From the NCBI GenBank assembly GCA_014905635.1, contig JABVCE010000010.1, positions 1,054,001 through 1,118,000 on the forward strand: a DNA stretch of 64,000 nucleotides. The letters are read 5' to 3'. Below, one piece after another: positions 34,737 through 47,713 of the stretch (within the stretch, counting starts at the first letter, position 1; each line of letters begins with the position of its first letter). Position numbers and translations under genes: made by a program. The notes under the pieces are model-generated. The model had not been told where the DNA came from. It ran no database searches and saw nothing but the letters and a program-made list of their open reading frames with translations. The DNA comes from Scenedesmus sp. PABB004 (taxonomy: Eukaryota).

Positions 34737-35972
34737 ATGGAGCGCGACGTGCTCGCCGCGCTGCAGCAGGCGCTCGTCGGCGCCGCGCCGCCGGGGGCGC
34801 CCAGCGGCGCGGATCAGCGGTTTGCGCAGCTCGAGACCTGCCTGCACGCGCTGCTGGGGCGCCACGCGGAGCTGGAGGCGGCCGCGGGTGGCAGGCGCGT
34901 GCGGAGCTGCTCCGCGGCGGCCGGCGCGCCGCGGCGGCTGCCGCCGAGCCTCACGCCGGTGCTCTCTGCGCTGCACCGCCCCAGGGTCGCGGCAGAACGC
35001 GCGCTGCGCAGCGCGGCGGCCGGCAAGGAGGCGGAGGCGGCGCGCCTAGCCGCCGAGGTTGCGCGGCTGCGGAGCGCGCTGCAGGCGGCGGCCGCTGCTG
35101 CAGACGGCCACGCAGGCGGCCTGCAGGGGCCGGCCCTCAAGGACGGCGCCGAGCGGGCGGAGCTGCTCGCGGCGGCGGTGGCGGCCGCCGAGAAGCCGAC
35201 CGCGCGCGTCGCGCGGCTGGAGAGGTGCGCGCGCCGCCAGCGCGTGCGCCAGCGGCTGCGGCGGCGCGCACGGTGTGCGCCGCCGCAACGCCCCCGGCGC
35301 CGCCCGCGCAGCGAGGTGGCGGTCTGCCAGGCGCGCATCGCCGCGCTCGAGGGCGAGCTCGCGGGCGCGGGCGCCGAGCACGGCGCGCGGCTGGCGGCGC
35401 AGCAGCAGACCTTCCTGGCCAAGCTGCAGCAGCTGCGTCAGGTGCACGACCAGCAGCTCGCGGCGGCCGCCGCGGATGCCGCGGCGCGGCTGCGCGAGCA
35501 GGCGGAGCGCTGCGCGGAGCTCGAGCGGCGGCTCGCGGCGGCCGAGGCGGGGCGCGCGGAGGCGCAGCGGGAGCTGCAGGCGGCGCGCGCGCGCGCGATG
35601 GACGCCGAGCGGCAGGCGCCGCCAGGCGGCGGCGTGGAGCAGCGCTGCGCGCGCCGCGCGTCGGACGAGCGGGCGCGGCTGGCCGCGGCCGACGAGGCCG
35701 CGCCGGCCCTGCAGGCGATGGAGGGCCAGCTCGCGCGGCTGAGCGGCGTCATCAGGGCCCACCAGGCGGAGGCCGCGCAGCTGCAGGCAGCGCTCATGGC
35801 CGGCTGCGCGGAGCGCGCTCAGCTGCAGGCCGCGCTCGTGGCCCTGCAGCAGGAGGCGGGCAGCGCGCGCGGCGGCGGCGCGGGGTCGGCCGGCGTCACG
35901 GCCGGCGGGGCGGGCCGACGAGGCACGGCCGTCGCGCAGCGGGCCGGCGGCTGCAGGCAGGCGGGGCGGTGA
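34737..35972 (+). CDS. Coiled-coil protein of unknown function, with probable in-frame introns
   Basis: MERDVLAALQQAL...EVAVCQARIAALEGEL...FLAKLQQLRQVHDQQL... heptad pattern and coding-like codons. Confidence 0.6.
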   Translation: MERDVLAALQQALVGAAPPGAPSGADQRFAQLETCLHALLGRHAELEAAAGGRRVRSCSAAAGAPRRLPPSLTPVLSALHRPRVAAERALRSAAAGKEAEAARLAAEVARLRSALQAAAAAADGHAGGLQGPALKDGAERAELLAAAVAAAEKPTARVARLERCARRQRVRQRLRRRARCAPPQRPRRRPRSEVAVCQARIAALEGELAGAGAEHGARLAAQQQTFLAKLQQLRQVHDQQLAAAAADAAARLREQAERCAELERRLAAAEAGRAEAQRELQAARARAMDAERQAPPGGGVEQRCARRASDERARLAAADEAAPALQAMEGQLARLSGVIRAHQAEAAQLQAALMAGCAERAQLQAALVALQQEAGSARGGGAGSAGVTAGGAGRRGTAVAQRAGGCRQAGR

Positions 35973-36650
35973 CCGGATCGCCGCGGTGCGTCCGACTGCG
36001 AGCGCGTCCGCGCCAGCCGGTGCTGGCGCGACCGACGGCGAGCGGTCAAGCGCCTGCGCTGGCCGGCGCCGCTAGTCCAGCGCGGCCAGCAGCTTCCGGG
36101 CCTCCCGGGGCGCTTGTGCGCCTGCTCCCCGGCGCGTCGGGACAAGTGGCCTGATTGGCCAGCTTTTGGTTCAGGATGCGCCGCCCCTAATCCACACATG
36201 CCCAATGTCGTCGGGGACCCATGCTCCCATACTCCCATCCTCCCATCCTCCCACGTTTCAAACCGAGCGGACGCACGCGACGCTCGAGGCGCCAGTGCAG
36301 GTGCGCGCCAGCGCGACCGAGCCTGCGCGGCCGCTCGGACACGGCGCGGCCGCGCGCTGCGGCGCTTCATGCCGAAAAACCTAGCGCGCGTCTCCGGGAC
36401 GGCGCGCGTGGCAGCAATTGGCGCGCAGAAGGGAGCAGTGAGCGCCAGGCGGCCATCCCCGCCCCGCTCACCGCGGCCTCGCGAGGCTGCGGGACGCCAC
36501 CGGGCGCCTTTGCGCGAGCATGTAGCACGGCCTTATCGGCTCGCGGACGCCCAGATCCCCCCGTGACCCAGCCCGTCCCTGGCAGGCGCTGACGGCCGTC
36601 CCGCCGCCCGGCGCCGCACCGCAGGCCGCCGCACGTCGCCGACCGGCACC

Positions 36651-36968
36651 ATGGCCTCCCCCCAGCTCCTGGCGCTCGTGGTGGCGCTCGCGCTGCCGGC
36701 CGCGGCGCGCGCGTGCGCGCCGGGCGCGATCACGGTCGTCCAGGCTGCCGCCGCGGCCAAGCCCGCCGAGAGCACCGCGTACGGCCTCGCCGACGTGCAG
36801 AGCCACTTGTATAACATGGACCGCGTGGCGTACGCGAAGAACACGCAGACGACGTTCAGCTGCGTCGACGCGCGCGGCGACGGCTTGTACCTGAGCACGC
36901 CCGGCGGCGACTACGCCGAGCTGAGCGACGCGATGTACGTGTTCTTCGAGCAGACGTGAGCGCCCCCG

Positions 36969-37005
<37 letters not shown>

Positions 37006-38096
37006 GCCCGCCGCCGCGCCCACGCCGCCGCGGCGCGCCCACGCCGCCGCGGCGCGCGCGCGCCGCAGCGGCGTCCGGCCCAACGCCACGAGCGTCGGGC
37101 ACATCTTCCGGGCGTTCATGTCCCGCGTCGCCTCGCCGGCGCGGCCCTTTTACTTCCACACCGACGACGCCAAGCTGGCCAGCCTGTTCAGCTACGTCTA
37201 CGCCCAGGGCGTCAAGCCCAAGCCGGTCGTGCTCCCCGCCGTGTGCGTGCGCGCGCCGGCCCCGTGCGCGCCGGCCCCGCGCCGCGCCCGCCGCCCGCGG
37301 CCCGACGACCCCGGCCGCCCGCGCCCTGACCCCCCCCCCCCCCCCCCCGCGCGCAAATCACAGGCAGCCCAAGGACCCCAAGGTCGCGCGCATCTGGCTC
37401 GACGCGCTCGCGCGCCCCGAGCTGCAGGGCTGCGGCCACGTGCGGCTGATGCTGTACAAGTACAAGGAGTATGGCCTGACCAGCCCCTACATCCCCAGCG
37501 AGCTCATCAAGCAGTTCTTTGCCTACTGGTGGCCCACGCCCCCCGGCAGCGCGGAGCGCGCGCGCGTCGACTTTTCGGTCAAGCGCGGGCCGCTCGCGGG
37601 CCGCGCGGTCGCGATTGTGAACAACGCCGGCCCCGGTGCGCGGCGCGGGCGCGTGCGTGGGGGATGCGCGCGCACAGGGCCGCGGCCGCGGCGCGGCGCG
37701 CGGGCCGCGCGTGCCGACGCCGCCCGCCCACCCGCCGCCCGCCCGCTCGCCGCCCGCCCGCTCGCCGCCCGCGGGCGGCGCCGCGCAGGCTGCCCCGGGC
37801 AGAGCCCCCTCGTCCGCGCGGCGCACCGCGGGAGCTCCCTGTTTGTCTACCACCAGAAGGCCGTGGCCGAGTTCAGGGCCCAGGTTCTGGCCCCGCTCTT
37901 CGCCAGCCTGGCCAAGCAGCCCTTCTTCACGGGCAAGCCCCTGCCCTTTGACCCGGCGCGCTTCACGGCGCGCCTCGACAGCCTTGCCGCCGCGCAGCTC
38001 GGGTTCACCGTGAACAACCTGCCGCCCGCCGACGCGGTCGGGCTGTTCACCGTCAGCTACGCCACGCGCGCCGGCGGCGACGCCGCCAACGAGTGA
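36651..38096 (+). CDS. Secreted protein with beta/zeta-carbonic-anhydrase-like metal-binding motifs; four exons (about 36651-36955, 37069-37242, 37364-37635, 37788-38096)
   Basis: Signal peptide MASPQLLALVVALALPAAARA; FSCVDARG...STPGGD; FYFHTD; QGCGHVRL; SLFVYH. GT-AG introns keep the frame. Confidence 0.7.
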
Positions 38097-38840
38097 GCCG
38101 TGAGAGAGCCACGTTCGCCGGGGGCGCGCGCGCGCATGCACGCGTGCCCTGCATCTCGCGGCCGGGCCGCCTGGCCCCCGCTCCGCCCGCGCAAGCGGCT
38201 ACTAGTAGCACCAGCAGTGAGGGCCCTTGTGTGCAGCTGCGGCGTCTGCCGAGGTGTGTGTGTGTGTGTATGTGTCAAGGTGTGTGTGTGTGACACACAC
38301 ACATGTGTGTCAGAGGAGCGTGCTCGTGGGAGCCGGCGGCAAGCTGCAGGAAGAGTTGAGTCGAGGCCAGCGGTGCTTGTGGCAGCCAATCGGATCAAAA
38401 ACCCCAACCAGCGCAACGGAACTCGAGTCGCCACGGAACCCCATCGTTGTGCCTGCTTGCGTGGATCGCTGTGCATCGACCCACGAGGCGGGCAGCCTGC
38501 GCGCGAGCCCAACCAACAACCAACCCAATTGAGATGCAGCCCGCGCGCGGGCACCACAGTTGTGCAAATATCTGGATTCGAGCCACGAGGTGAGGTGATC
38601 TCTTCCGGGAGAGGCGGCGGCGCCCGCGCGGCGCCGGCGGGAGCTCTCTTTGGTACTGCCCTTGCGTGACCTGCTCTTGAGCTGGCTGCACGCGCGCACG
38701 CTGTGGCGGTCCCTGCACTGCGCTCAAGCGACGGCACACACATTCGCTGGGTGACAGCCTGAGCTGAGTTTCACGCACGCCCTGCCAGGCCCCCAGCGGC
38801 TGCTCCCCGCCCGCAGCGCGCTGTGCACACAGCGCGCGGC

Positions 38841-39561
38841 TCAGCGCGGCTGGATCGCGGCGCGCCGCGCGACCGACCACGGCCGCGCCGGCAGCCCGCC
38901 GCCGGGGCCGCGCAGCAGCAGGTCGCGCGGCCGCCCCTCGCGCGGGAGCAGCTCCTCCAGCGCCAGCGCCTCCGCCATCGCCAGCCAAGCGGCGCGGCTC
39001 GGCTCGCGGGGATACAGGGCGAACCGGCTTCGCCCGCACAGCAGCGCGCCGCGGCCGTGCTGCAGGGCGTGCCTGCCGCCGGCGGCGCCGGCCTGCAGGC
39101 GCGCGAGCGCCGCGCGCGTCGGTGAGGAGCGCGTGAGCGGGCGGTGCACCGCGGCGCCCGCCGGCGCGGCGCCGGCGACGCGCGCCGCGAGCGCCACGGC
39201 GCGCGGCACGCAGCACGCGCCCGCCACGCGCGCCGGCGCCGGCGGCGCGTCGCGGGGAGCGGCGCTGGCGTCGCCGCGCTGCAGGAGCCCGTCAGCGACC
39301 ACCGCGGCGGCCGCGCGGAGCACAGCGACACCAGCGCAGGCCACGAACAGCGCGGGCAGCGGCCGGCCGAGCTCGCGCGCAAGCTCCTGCGGCCGGCGGC
39401 GTGCAGCGCACGACGGCGAGCCTCAGGCAGACACCAGGGCGGTGGCGTTGTGCTGACGCCTGACGCTGGTGCCCTGCGGCCCCCGGCGCCCTGCACGTGC
39501 GCCACGCGAGCGGCGGCCGCGGCGCGCGCGCCTGCACGCGCTCGGCCAGGGCCCGCGGCAT
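38841..39561 (-). CDS. Hypothetical protein; structure uncertain
   Basis: Possible MPRALAERVQ|ELARELGRPLPALFVACAGVAVL...WLAMAEALALEELLPREG...IQPR*; no recognisable domain. Confidence 0.3.
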
Positions 39562-40057
39562 CTCGCGAGACGTCCCCGAGACGTCACCGCATGCGGGCAC
39601 CGCTCCTGACGGCCTGAGAGTGCGCTGCCGGGGCCTGCCGGCCGCGCGTGGGCCGATGGTCTTCGCGGCGCGGGAGCCGCTGTCGCTGATGGTGTCGGGA
39701 CGCGCGCCTGTGCGAGCGCTGCGGCCCGCCTGACCGCGCAGGGACTGCGGGAGCTGCTCCCGAAGTAGCTGCCAGGGCGCCGGTGGTCGCGCCAGACCGC
39801 GGCGCCAGACCGCGGCGGCGGCTGGTCCTGCTCTGTGCTTACCGGGCCACTCGGGCCGTCGCGCGCGCCGCATGCACACTCCCCAGCGCACATGTGGAAG
39901 TGACTGCCGCCGCTGCCGCGCCGCGCCCGGCCTCGCGCCCGGCGTGCTCGATTATTGGTGGTGGCCAGCTGGCCAGCCGAAAATCAGGAGTGCCGAGGCC
40001 GCCGTGCCGCTCCGGCTGGCCGCTGCCGCTGCTGCCTCCTCCGCCGCGCCGCGCCGC

Positions 40058-42669
40058 TCAGAAGGAGAAGGGCCCGACGCGCGTTTTGGCCTGCATCTCC
40101 TTCAGCTGCTGCACCAGCGTGCGCTCTTCGCTGCTGAGCTGCTTGGGGATGCTCACGCGCACGTGCACCTGCGGCGGGCGGGCGGGCGGGCGGCGCAGCG
40201 ACCTTAGCGCCCCAGCGGCGCGCGGCGGGCGCGCCCGCTCGCCGCCGCTGCAGTACACAGCCCTCCCGCCCTCCCGCTCGCCGCCGCCGCGCTCACGTTG
40301 TGGTTGCCGCGCACTTGGTTGCCCGTGCCGAGGCGCGGCACGCCGCGCTTGGCCATGAGCAGCGTCGTGCCCGGCTGCGTGCCGGCCGGGATCTTCAGCT
40401 CCACGGGGCCGTCCACCGTCGTCACCTTGACCTGCGACCGCGCGCCGCGGGCGCGGGGAGCGGGCGGCGGTCGGCGCGTCTGGCGGCGGCGGCGCGCACG
40501 CGACCCAGCACGCATGCACGCAAGAATCACAAGGCACACAGGCTGCAGGCACACAGGCTCCAAACACACAGCGCGCAGCGCGCGCCGCGCGCCTGTGAGC
40601 CGAGGATGGCGTCGACGTAGGTGATGTCAATGTCGCTGTGGATGTCGATGCCCTCGCGCCGCAGCTCGGGGTGCTCCTTGACGCGGATATACACGATGAG
40701 GTCGCCCGGCGGCGCGCCGCGCCGCCCCGCGTTGCCCTCGCCCTTGACGCGCAGCCGCGCGCCGTTGTCGATGCCTGGCGGGCGCGCGCGCGGGCGCGGG
40801 TGCGGGCGCAGCGTGGGTGCGCGCGCAGGCAGGTGGGGCGTGGGTGCGCACGCGGGCAGGCGCGTGGGCGGGCGCGGCGAGCGCGTCCGGCGCCGCCGCC
40901 GCCGCCGCCGCACCCGCCGGCACTGTGAGCTGGATGCGCTTGGTCTCCCGCTCCCGGCCGTCGCCGCCGCACCTGCGCGCAGCAGCGGCGCGTGCGCGGG
41001 GTTTCCCCACCAGCCCCGCGCCCCCCACGGGCGCCGCGCGGCAGCCCCGCGCGCCGCGGCCCCGCGCGCCGCCGCCCCGCGCCGCACTTGTCGCACGCAG
41101 TGAACGATTGTCCCAGGCCCTCGCAGCGCCCGCACGTCGTGACCTGCTGGAATGCGCCCAGTGGCGTGCGCACCGCCTGGATGAGCTGCCCCGTGCCCTG
41201 ACACATCGAGCAGTTGCTCGGCTTGGTGCCGGCCTTGACGCCGCTGCTCGCGCACGTTTTGCAGCCTGCGCGGCGCGGCGCGCGCGGGCGGGTCGGCGCG
41301 CGCGCCGCCACGGGCAGCCCCGCCCCCCGTCCTCTGCCCGCCGCCCCTCGCCGGCCTCGCTCCCCGCCCGCTCCCCGCCCCTGCGCCGCTCCCCGCCCCT
41401 GCGCCGCTCCCGCCCCCGCCCCCGCGCCGCACCCGCGAGGTGCATGATCTCGAGCTCCTTCTTGCACCCAAACACGGCGTCCAGGAAGTCGATCTGCAGC
41501 TCGTACCTGCAGGACATCACGCCAAGGGCAGGCCACGGCGCGGTCAGGCGGGCACGGCGGCCGGCGGCGGCGCGGCGGCGGCGGCGGCGGCGGGGCGCGG
41601 CGGCCGAGCCCCGCGCGCGCGCGCGCACGTCTCGTTCTCGCCGGGCCGCTGCCGCGTGGGGTCGCCGCCGCCAAAGCCGCCGAAGCCGCCCATGGAGCCG
41701 CCAAAGAAGGTCTCAAACAGGTCCATGGGGTTTGAGGCGTTGAACCCACCCATGCCGCCCATACCGCCCATGCCGCCAAACGCGTCGCCCTTGAGCCCCG
41801 CCTCGCCAAACTTGTCGTAGATGGCGCGCTTGTTGTCGTCGGACAGCACCTGCGCAGACAGGCACGCGGCGGCGGCGTGCGTGTGTGTGTGTGTGGGGGG
41901 GGGGGGCCCGCATGCCAGCGGCCCGCGCCCGCGCGCGACCTCGCGGAGCGTGCGTGCCGCGCGCGGGCCTCCTCCCCGCCCGCCCGCCGCACCTCGTAGG
42001 CCTCGCCGATGCGCTTGAACGTCTCCTCCGCGCCCGGCTCCTTGTTCACGTCCTGCACAGCAGCAGCACGAGGGTGCGGCGCCGCGGGCTGCTCAGACGG
42101 CCGCGCCGCGCCGCGCGCATGCATGCGGCGTGCGCGCCGCCGCGACGCCGCCTGCTGCCCGCCGCCCGCCGCCCGCTGCCCGCCGCCGCGGCCGGCGCGC
42201 CGCGCCTGCGGCGCTGCGCGCGGCGCCGCACCGGGTGGAACTTGCGGGCCTTCTGGCGGTACGCCTGCTTGATGGCCTTCTTGTCGGCGCCGCGCTGCAC
42301 GCCGAGCACCTCATAGTAGTCGGCAGCGGCGCGCACGACGAGGCGGCTGGCTCGGCTGCGCCCGCCCGCCCGGGCCCCCCGGCGCGGCAGCGCCACAGGG
42401 CGCGGCGGCGCGGCGCCGGCGGGCGCGCCGCCGCGCGCCGCGAGCGCCGCTGCCGGCTGCAGCAGCGGCCGCCGCGGCTGCCTGCGTGCGGCGCGGCGGG
42501 CGGGCCGGCTCGGCGGCCACGCGTGCGCGCAGGGGCGGCGCCCGCGCGGTGCGACCGCGGCCCCGCCGCACCTGGCGCTCCGCGCGCCGCGCGGGGTGGG
42601 CGCGGGCAGGCCGCCTGCTGCTGCTGCCCCCGCAGCCCGCGCCTGCCCCCGGCCCGCGAGGACGTTCAT
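40058..42669 (-). CDS. dnaJ: Type I DnaJ/Hsp40 chaperone, plastid-targeted
   Basis: Transit peptide; J-domain DYYEVLGV...[22 protein letters not shown] region; CxxCxGxG-type zinc-finger repeats ([16 protein letters not shown]); C-terminal IPAGTQPG. Confidence 0.93.
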
Positions 42670-43265
42670 GGCGCGGCTCGACCGGCCCCCGAGCGCGCAA
42701 TGGCAGGCGCTCCCGCCCGCGCAGCGCGTGCGTGTGGTGCGCGCAAAGGCAGGGCCGACGGCGGCCAGCGCGTGGGCACGCGGCGCTGGTGGCGGGGAGC
42801 GAGCTGGTGGCGGTCCGAATTGCGTGTGGCGCTGGCGCGGGGCGGCGGGGCACACACCCTGTGTTCTCGCACGCGACCAGGCTCGCGAAGCGTCGGCGCC
42901 GCGTTCTTCGCGCCCCTGCAGCCCGGAACGCCCCACCCGCAAACCCCTGGCGAGCACAGCCCACGTGACCGCTCGCGCCGCAAGCGCCGCCGCGCCCGAG
43001 CGCCGCGCTCCGCCGCCGCGCGCGCCCGCTCCTGCTGCCGCCGCCACTCCCCTGGCGGAGGGGGCCGGCGCCGGCCGGCGTGTCGCGAGGTCGCCAGGCA
43101 CGAGGCTCGCCGGACGCTGCCGCCGGCCGATCGGCATCCGAGGCGCGCCCCGGCCGGACCGCGCGCGGCGGCGGTGGCGCGCACGCCGCGCGGCCGCCCT
43201 CCCGGCTGTGTGCAGTCCCCCCCAGCGCCCCAAGGAATTCCGGCAGCAGCCCCCGGCCCCCGCCG

Positions 43266-45229
43266 TCACTGCACCGAGCAGCAGCCGCCGCCGGCGCTGG
43301 CGCCGCCCGCCGCGCCGCCCGCGAGCGACGCCTCCGGCGGCAGCGTCCGGAGCACCGCCTGCAGCTCGGTGATCACCTGGCGGGGCGCGGAGGGCGCCGC
43401 GCGGGGGGCGGCCGCGTCAGCGTCGGCGGCGGCGGCGGCCACGGCCGGCCAGAAAGCGCCGCCAGCCGCGCCGCCGCCCTTATGGCGGCAGCCCCCGCCC
43501 GGCCGCCCGCGCCGCCCCGCGCTGCGCGGCGCGCCTGCGTCATCTCTGGGCGCATGTCGTAGTCCGCGTCCCAGCAGCGCGCCACGAGCTCCCGCAGCGC
43601 GTCCGGCACGCGCTCGTGCTGCCTGCGCGGCGCGGCGCGGCACGGCACGGCGCGGCGCGGCGCGGTACGCGGCGGTCGGTGGGCCGGCGGGCGGCGGCGC
43701 GCGCCGGCTGCCACACGGCGCTGGCCACGACACGCGCCGGCCGCAACACGCGCTGCCCCGGCGTCGGCCAGCGCCCCCACCTGTTCATTGCGCTCCACTC
43801 TGGCCGCGCCCCGTGCTGTGCCGCCGCGCGCGCCGCCTGCGCGCCACCGCGTGCGCGGCGCCGCGGCGTGAGCGCGCGCGGCGCGGCGCGCCGAGGCGCC
43901 GCGCGGCGCCGCGCGCGCCGCACCTGCACCGGGTCGAGGCTCGCAAACGGCGGCACGCCGGTGAAGAGCTGCGGCGGCGGCGGCGGCGGCGGCGGCGGTT
44001 GGCCGGCTCAGCTGACCGGCCGCGCCAGGCCCGCCCGCCCGCGCGCGCTGGGCGAACCTGGAACGCGATCATGGCAAAGGCGTACTGGTCGACCTTGTGG
44101 TTGTACAGCTCGTGGCGGAACACCTCGGGCGCCATGTACCTGTGGTGGTGTGGGGCGCGCGCGCACGCGTCACGCGTGCAGGAGAGCGGCGCGCGTGGGA
44201 GAGCGGCGCGCGCGGGTCGGGGTTGGTGGGAGCGCGCGGCGTCGCCGCGGCGGCGGCGGGTGCGGAGCACGCCGGGCGCGCTGCGGGTCGTGCCACGGGT
44301 GCCGGCGCGGCGGTGCGCGGCGCGGCGGGTGCGGCGGCGCACCGGTACGACCCCGTCTCGCCGGTGAGCTTGTAGCTGTGCGCCTGCTTCTTGCCGCCCG
44401 CCGGCGGCGCCGCCGCGCGCGCCGAGTCGTCGCCTGCGCGGCGCGGGGGGCGCGCGGCGCGCGCGGTCGGCGCGGTGCGCGGCGTGCGGCGGCGCGGCGG
44501 CGCGGCGACGCAGCGGCGCCCGCGCGCACCGGAGCCCGCGCGCTGCGAGGGGTCGTCCGGGTCGCCGGCCTTGTTGAGCTTGAGGCTCTTGGACAGCCCG
44601 AAGCTGCGCGCCGGGCGGGCGGGCGGGCGGGCGCGGTCAGCGCGGTCAGCGGGTGGGCCCGGCGGCGCTCCACTGCCCGTGGCGCGGCGCACGGCCGGCG
44701 AGCACGACGCGCCACGCCCCCCTCGTCGTCCACAGCCGTGAGCTCGCCGAGCCCAAGATGATGGAGACCGGGGAGCTGAAGGCTGTGAACGGCGAGGGGC
44801 GCGCGGCGCGGCCCACGCAGGGCCGCGCGCCCGCCCCTCGCGCGCCCCAGCGCCCCGGCCGCCGCGGGCGGCCCCGCCGCTCACTCTGCGATTTTGACGG
44901 TGCCAAGCTCGTGCAGCAGGATTTTGCGCTGCACCGCGCTCTCGATGTAGCTCCCCCCGATCATCAGGTTGGCCGGCTTCAGGTCCCTGCGCGCCGGCGC
45001 GGCGGCGCGGGGTCGGCGGCGGCGGGGTCAGCGGCGGCGTGCCGCGCGGCGTCGTGCCGCGGCCGCGGCAACGAGGTGCGGCGGCGGCGCGGACGCCGGG
45101 CGGGCGCCGGGCAGCGAGTCGGGCGACACGGCCTGTTGTGCAGGCGCACCGCCTAGGACGGCAGTCAGCATGCACAACAGGGGCCGCGCGACTCGCTGCC
45201 CGCCCGCCCGCCGCCACTGCGGCCGCCGC

Positions 45230-45281
<52 letters not shown>

Positions 45282-47454
45282 GGCCGGCCCCGGCGCCGGG
45301 GGCGCGCACCGGTGTATGATGGAGAGCGGGTGGTGGTTGTGCAGGTACGCGATGCCGCGCGCGCAGTCGAGCGCGAGCTGCACCGCGCGCCGCAGGCTCG
45401 GGAACTCGCGCGACCTGCGCGCCGCGCGCCGTGCAGCGGCGGGCGGGCGTCGGCCGCCGCGCCGCAGGCCCGCCCCCGCCCGCGCCGCGCGCCGTGCGCC
45501 GTCGCCGCCGCCGCTGGCCACTGCCGCCGGGCGCCCCCGCGCGCGCGCGCCGCGCGCCTGAACATGTCTGCCATGCTGCCGCAGCCCATGAACTCCGTTA
45601 TGATCATGTAGGGCGTCTGCTTGGTCACGGCGCCAAAGAACTGCACGGCGTGCGGGTGGTGCACCTTCTGCAGCACGTTCATCTCAGTCCTGCGAGCAGC
45701 AGCGGCGCGCGGCGGCGCGGCCGGGCGGCGCGGGCGTGGTTGTTTGTCGGCCGCGCGCCCCGCGGCGGCCCGAGAGCCCTCGGGGCCCGAGGCCCCGCGC
45801 CGCCGCCGTCTTGAGAGGGCAGGCAAGGCCGAGGCGCGGCGGGCAAGGCAGGCGAGGCACGCAAAGGCGGGCAAGGCAGGGGCAAGGCGCGGCGCGGCGC
45901 GCGAGGCAGGGGCAAGGCGCGCCTGAAGTCGCCGAGCGCAACGGCGTTTGTGTCCTTGAGCACCTTGACCGCGACCGTGGTGCCCAGGTGCTGCGCCTTG
46001 TACACGACGCCAAACTCGCCCTCGCCCACCTGCGGCCGCGGGCGCGCCGCGCGGCCGTGAGCGCCGCCGCGCGCGGCCGTGAGCGCACCGCGCGGCCGTG
46101 GCCGCACCGCGCGGCCGTGAGCGTCGCCGCGCGCTGTGCTGCGGCGCGCGCCGCGGCAACACACAACATGAAACACACAACGCACAAGCCGCGGTCCCGC
46201 CCGCCCACCTTCTCCTCAAACACAATCTGCTTGGGGTCCACCTCCCACTCGGGGTCGATCTCCCCAAAGATCCGCACGTTGCCTGCGCAGCGCGCAACGT
46301 GCGCAGCACGCGGCGGGCAGCAACCGCGTCGGCGCGGCCGCGGCCGCGGCGCGGTGAGCGGCGCGTGCGCCGCCGCCTCGAGCACACGAGGCCCCTTGGG
46401 GCAGGGTTTGAGGCCCCGGCGCGCCGCGGCGGGGCGTGCGCGCCTGAGAGCGTGGAGTCTGCGAGATCTATGAGGGCCCCCTCCTTGTTGGCCACGCGGC
46501 CGCCGTGGTGCAGCAGCAGCGACACCACCTCGCCGTGGTCGCCGCGCACCGCGTCCTGCGGGCGGGCGGGCGGGCGGGCGCGTGTGGGGGTGTGCGTGTG
46601 TGTGTGTGTGTGGGGGGGGGGGGGGTCGTCGAGATGGCGGCACGCCGCGCCGGGGGCGGCGCCCGCGCCCGCGCGCGGGCCGCGAGGCCGCGCCGCGCCC
46701 GCCCCACCTCGAGGGGCGTGCGCTTGAATCGGTCGACCGGGTTGGGCGCCACGCCGCACTCCTCCAGCAGCCACGCCGCGACGGAGTAGCAGCCCTCAGC
46801 CGCCGCGAGGTGCCTGCGGGGGGCAGGGGGACCCGGCGCGCGGGGGAGAGGGGGTCGGCGCGCGCCCGGCGCGTGTCGCGGCCCCGGCTGCTGCTGCGCC
46901 CGCTGCGCCCGCTGCTGCTGCTGCCGCCCATGCTCCCGCGCACGACGGCCCCCGCCGGGGCTGCCGCGCCCCCGCGCGGCCTCACAGCGGCGTGCGGCGG
47001 TCGTAGTCGCAGCACGTCGACTCGTGCGGCTGCGGCGTCGCGCGGGCGGGCGGGCGGCGGGGCGGCGTGGGCGCGCGCGCCCCCATGCGCGCGGCTGGGC
47101 GACGTGGCGGCGACTGCCGCCCGCGCGCCTGGATGCGCCACGTCTTGCAGATCTTCTTGCAGCGCTGCACGTCGCCCACGCTGGCAAAGAAGAGCAGCTC
47201 CGTGATGGCCTGCCGCCGCGCGGCGTGTTCGCCTGCAGGCACGCGCGGGCGCGTCGGCGGCGGCAGCAGCGGCGGCGCTGCTGCCGGGGCGCGCGCCGGC
47301 CGCCGCCGCCCGGCGCGCGGCGCCTCCCGCCTGCGCCAGGCCGCGGGCGCGCACCGTGCAGGGAGGCGTTGTGGGCGCTCGACTCGTTGAGCACGGGCGG
47401 CGTGCTGCTGCTGTCCGCCGCGGCCAGGCCCTGCAGACCGCCAGCGGCCGCCAT
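43266..47454 (-). CDS. Ankyrin-repeat protein kinase (ILK/VIK-like, Raf-like TKL) with a C-terminal CaaX
   Basis: Ankyrin repeats DYDRRTPL-HLAAAEG and DRFKRTPLE-DAVRGDH; kinase motifs GEGEFG, VAVK, HRDLKPANL, ADFGLSK, GSYRYMAPE; ends GGGCCSVQ*. Confidence 0.9.
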
Positions 47455-47713
47455 GGCGCGTCCCGAGTTGCCCGGTCGCGCCGGTCGCGCGCGCCGCGCG
47501 TTCACGTGCCTCCGCACGCGGGCGGGCGAGCGGGCCGCGCGTTCCGAGCCCCACAGCCGCGCAGCCCCTACGAGAGTGACGGTGACGTCGCGGGAGTGCG
47601 GCCGCGACGGGGCGATCGGCCTGAGGGCGACCCCTAGGGCTCGGCGGCGGCGGCACCCCGCGCGGCCCGGCGCGCTTTACGCTGTTCTGCTCCCTCCACC
47701 CCGGGGCAGGCCC

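Noticed and set aside
38255..38312. Hairpin formed by (GT)n and (AC)n tracts
   Set aside because: Low-complexity microsatellite inversion with no other ncRNA hallmarks.
44755..44790. C/D-box-like ATGATG...CTGA in a kinase intron
   Set aside because: The C box is imperfect, the element is too short, and it is antisense to the host transcript.
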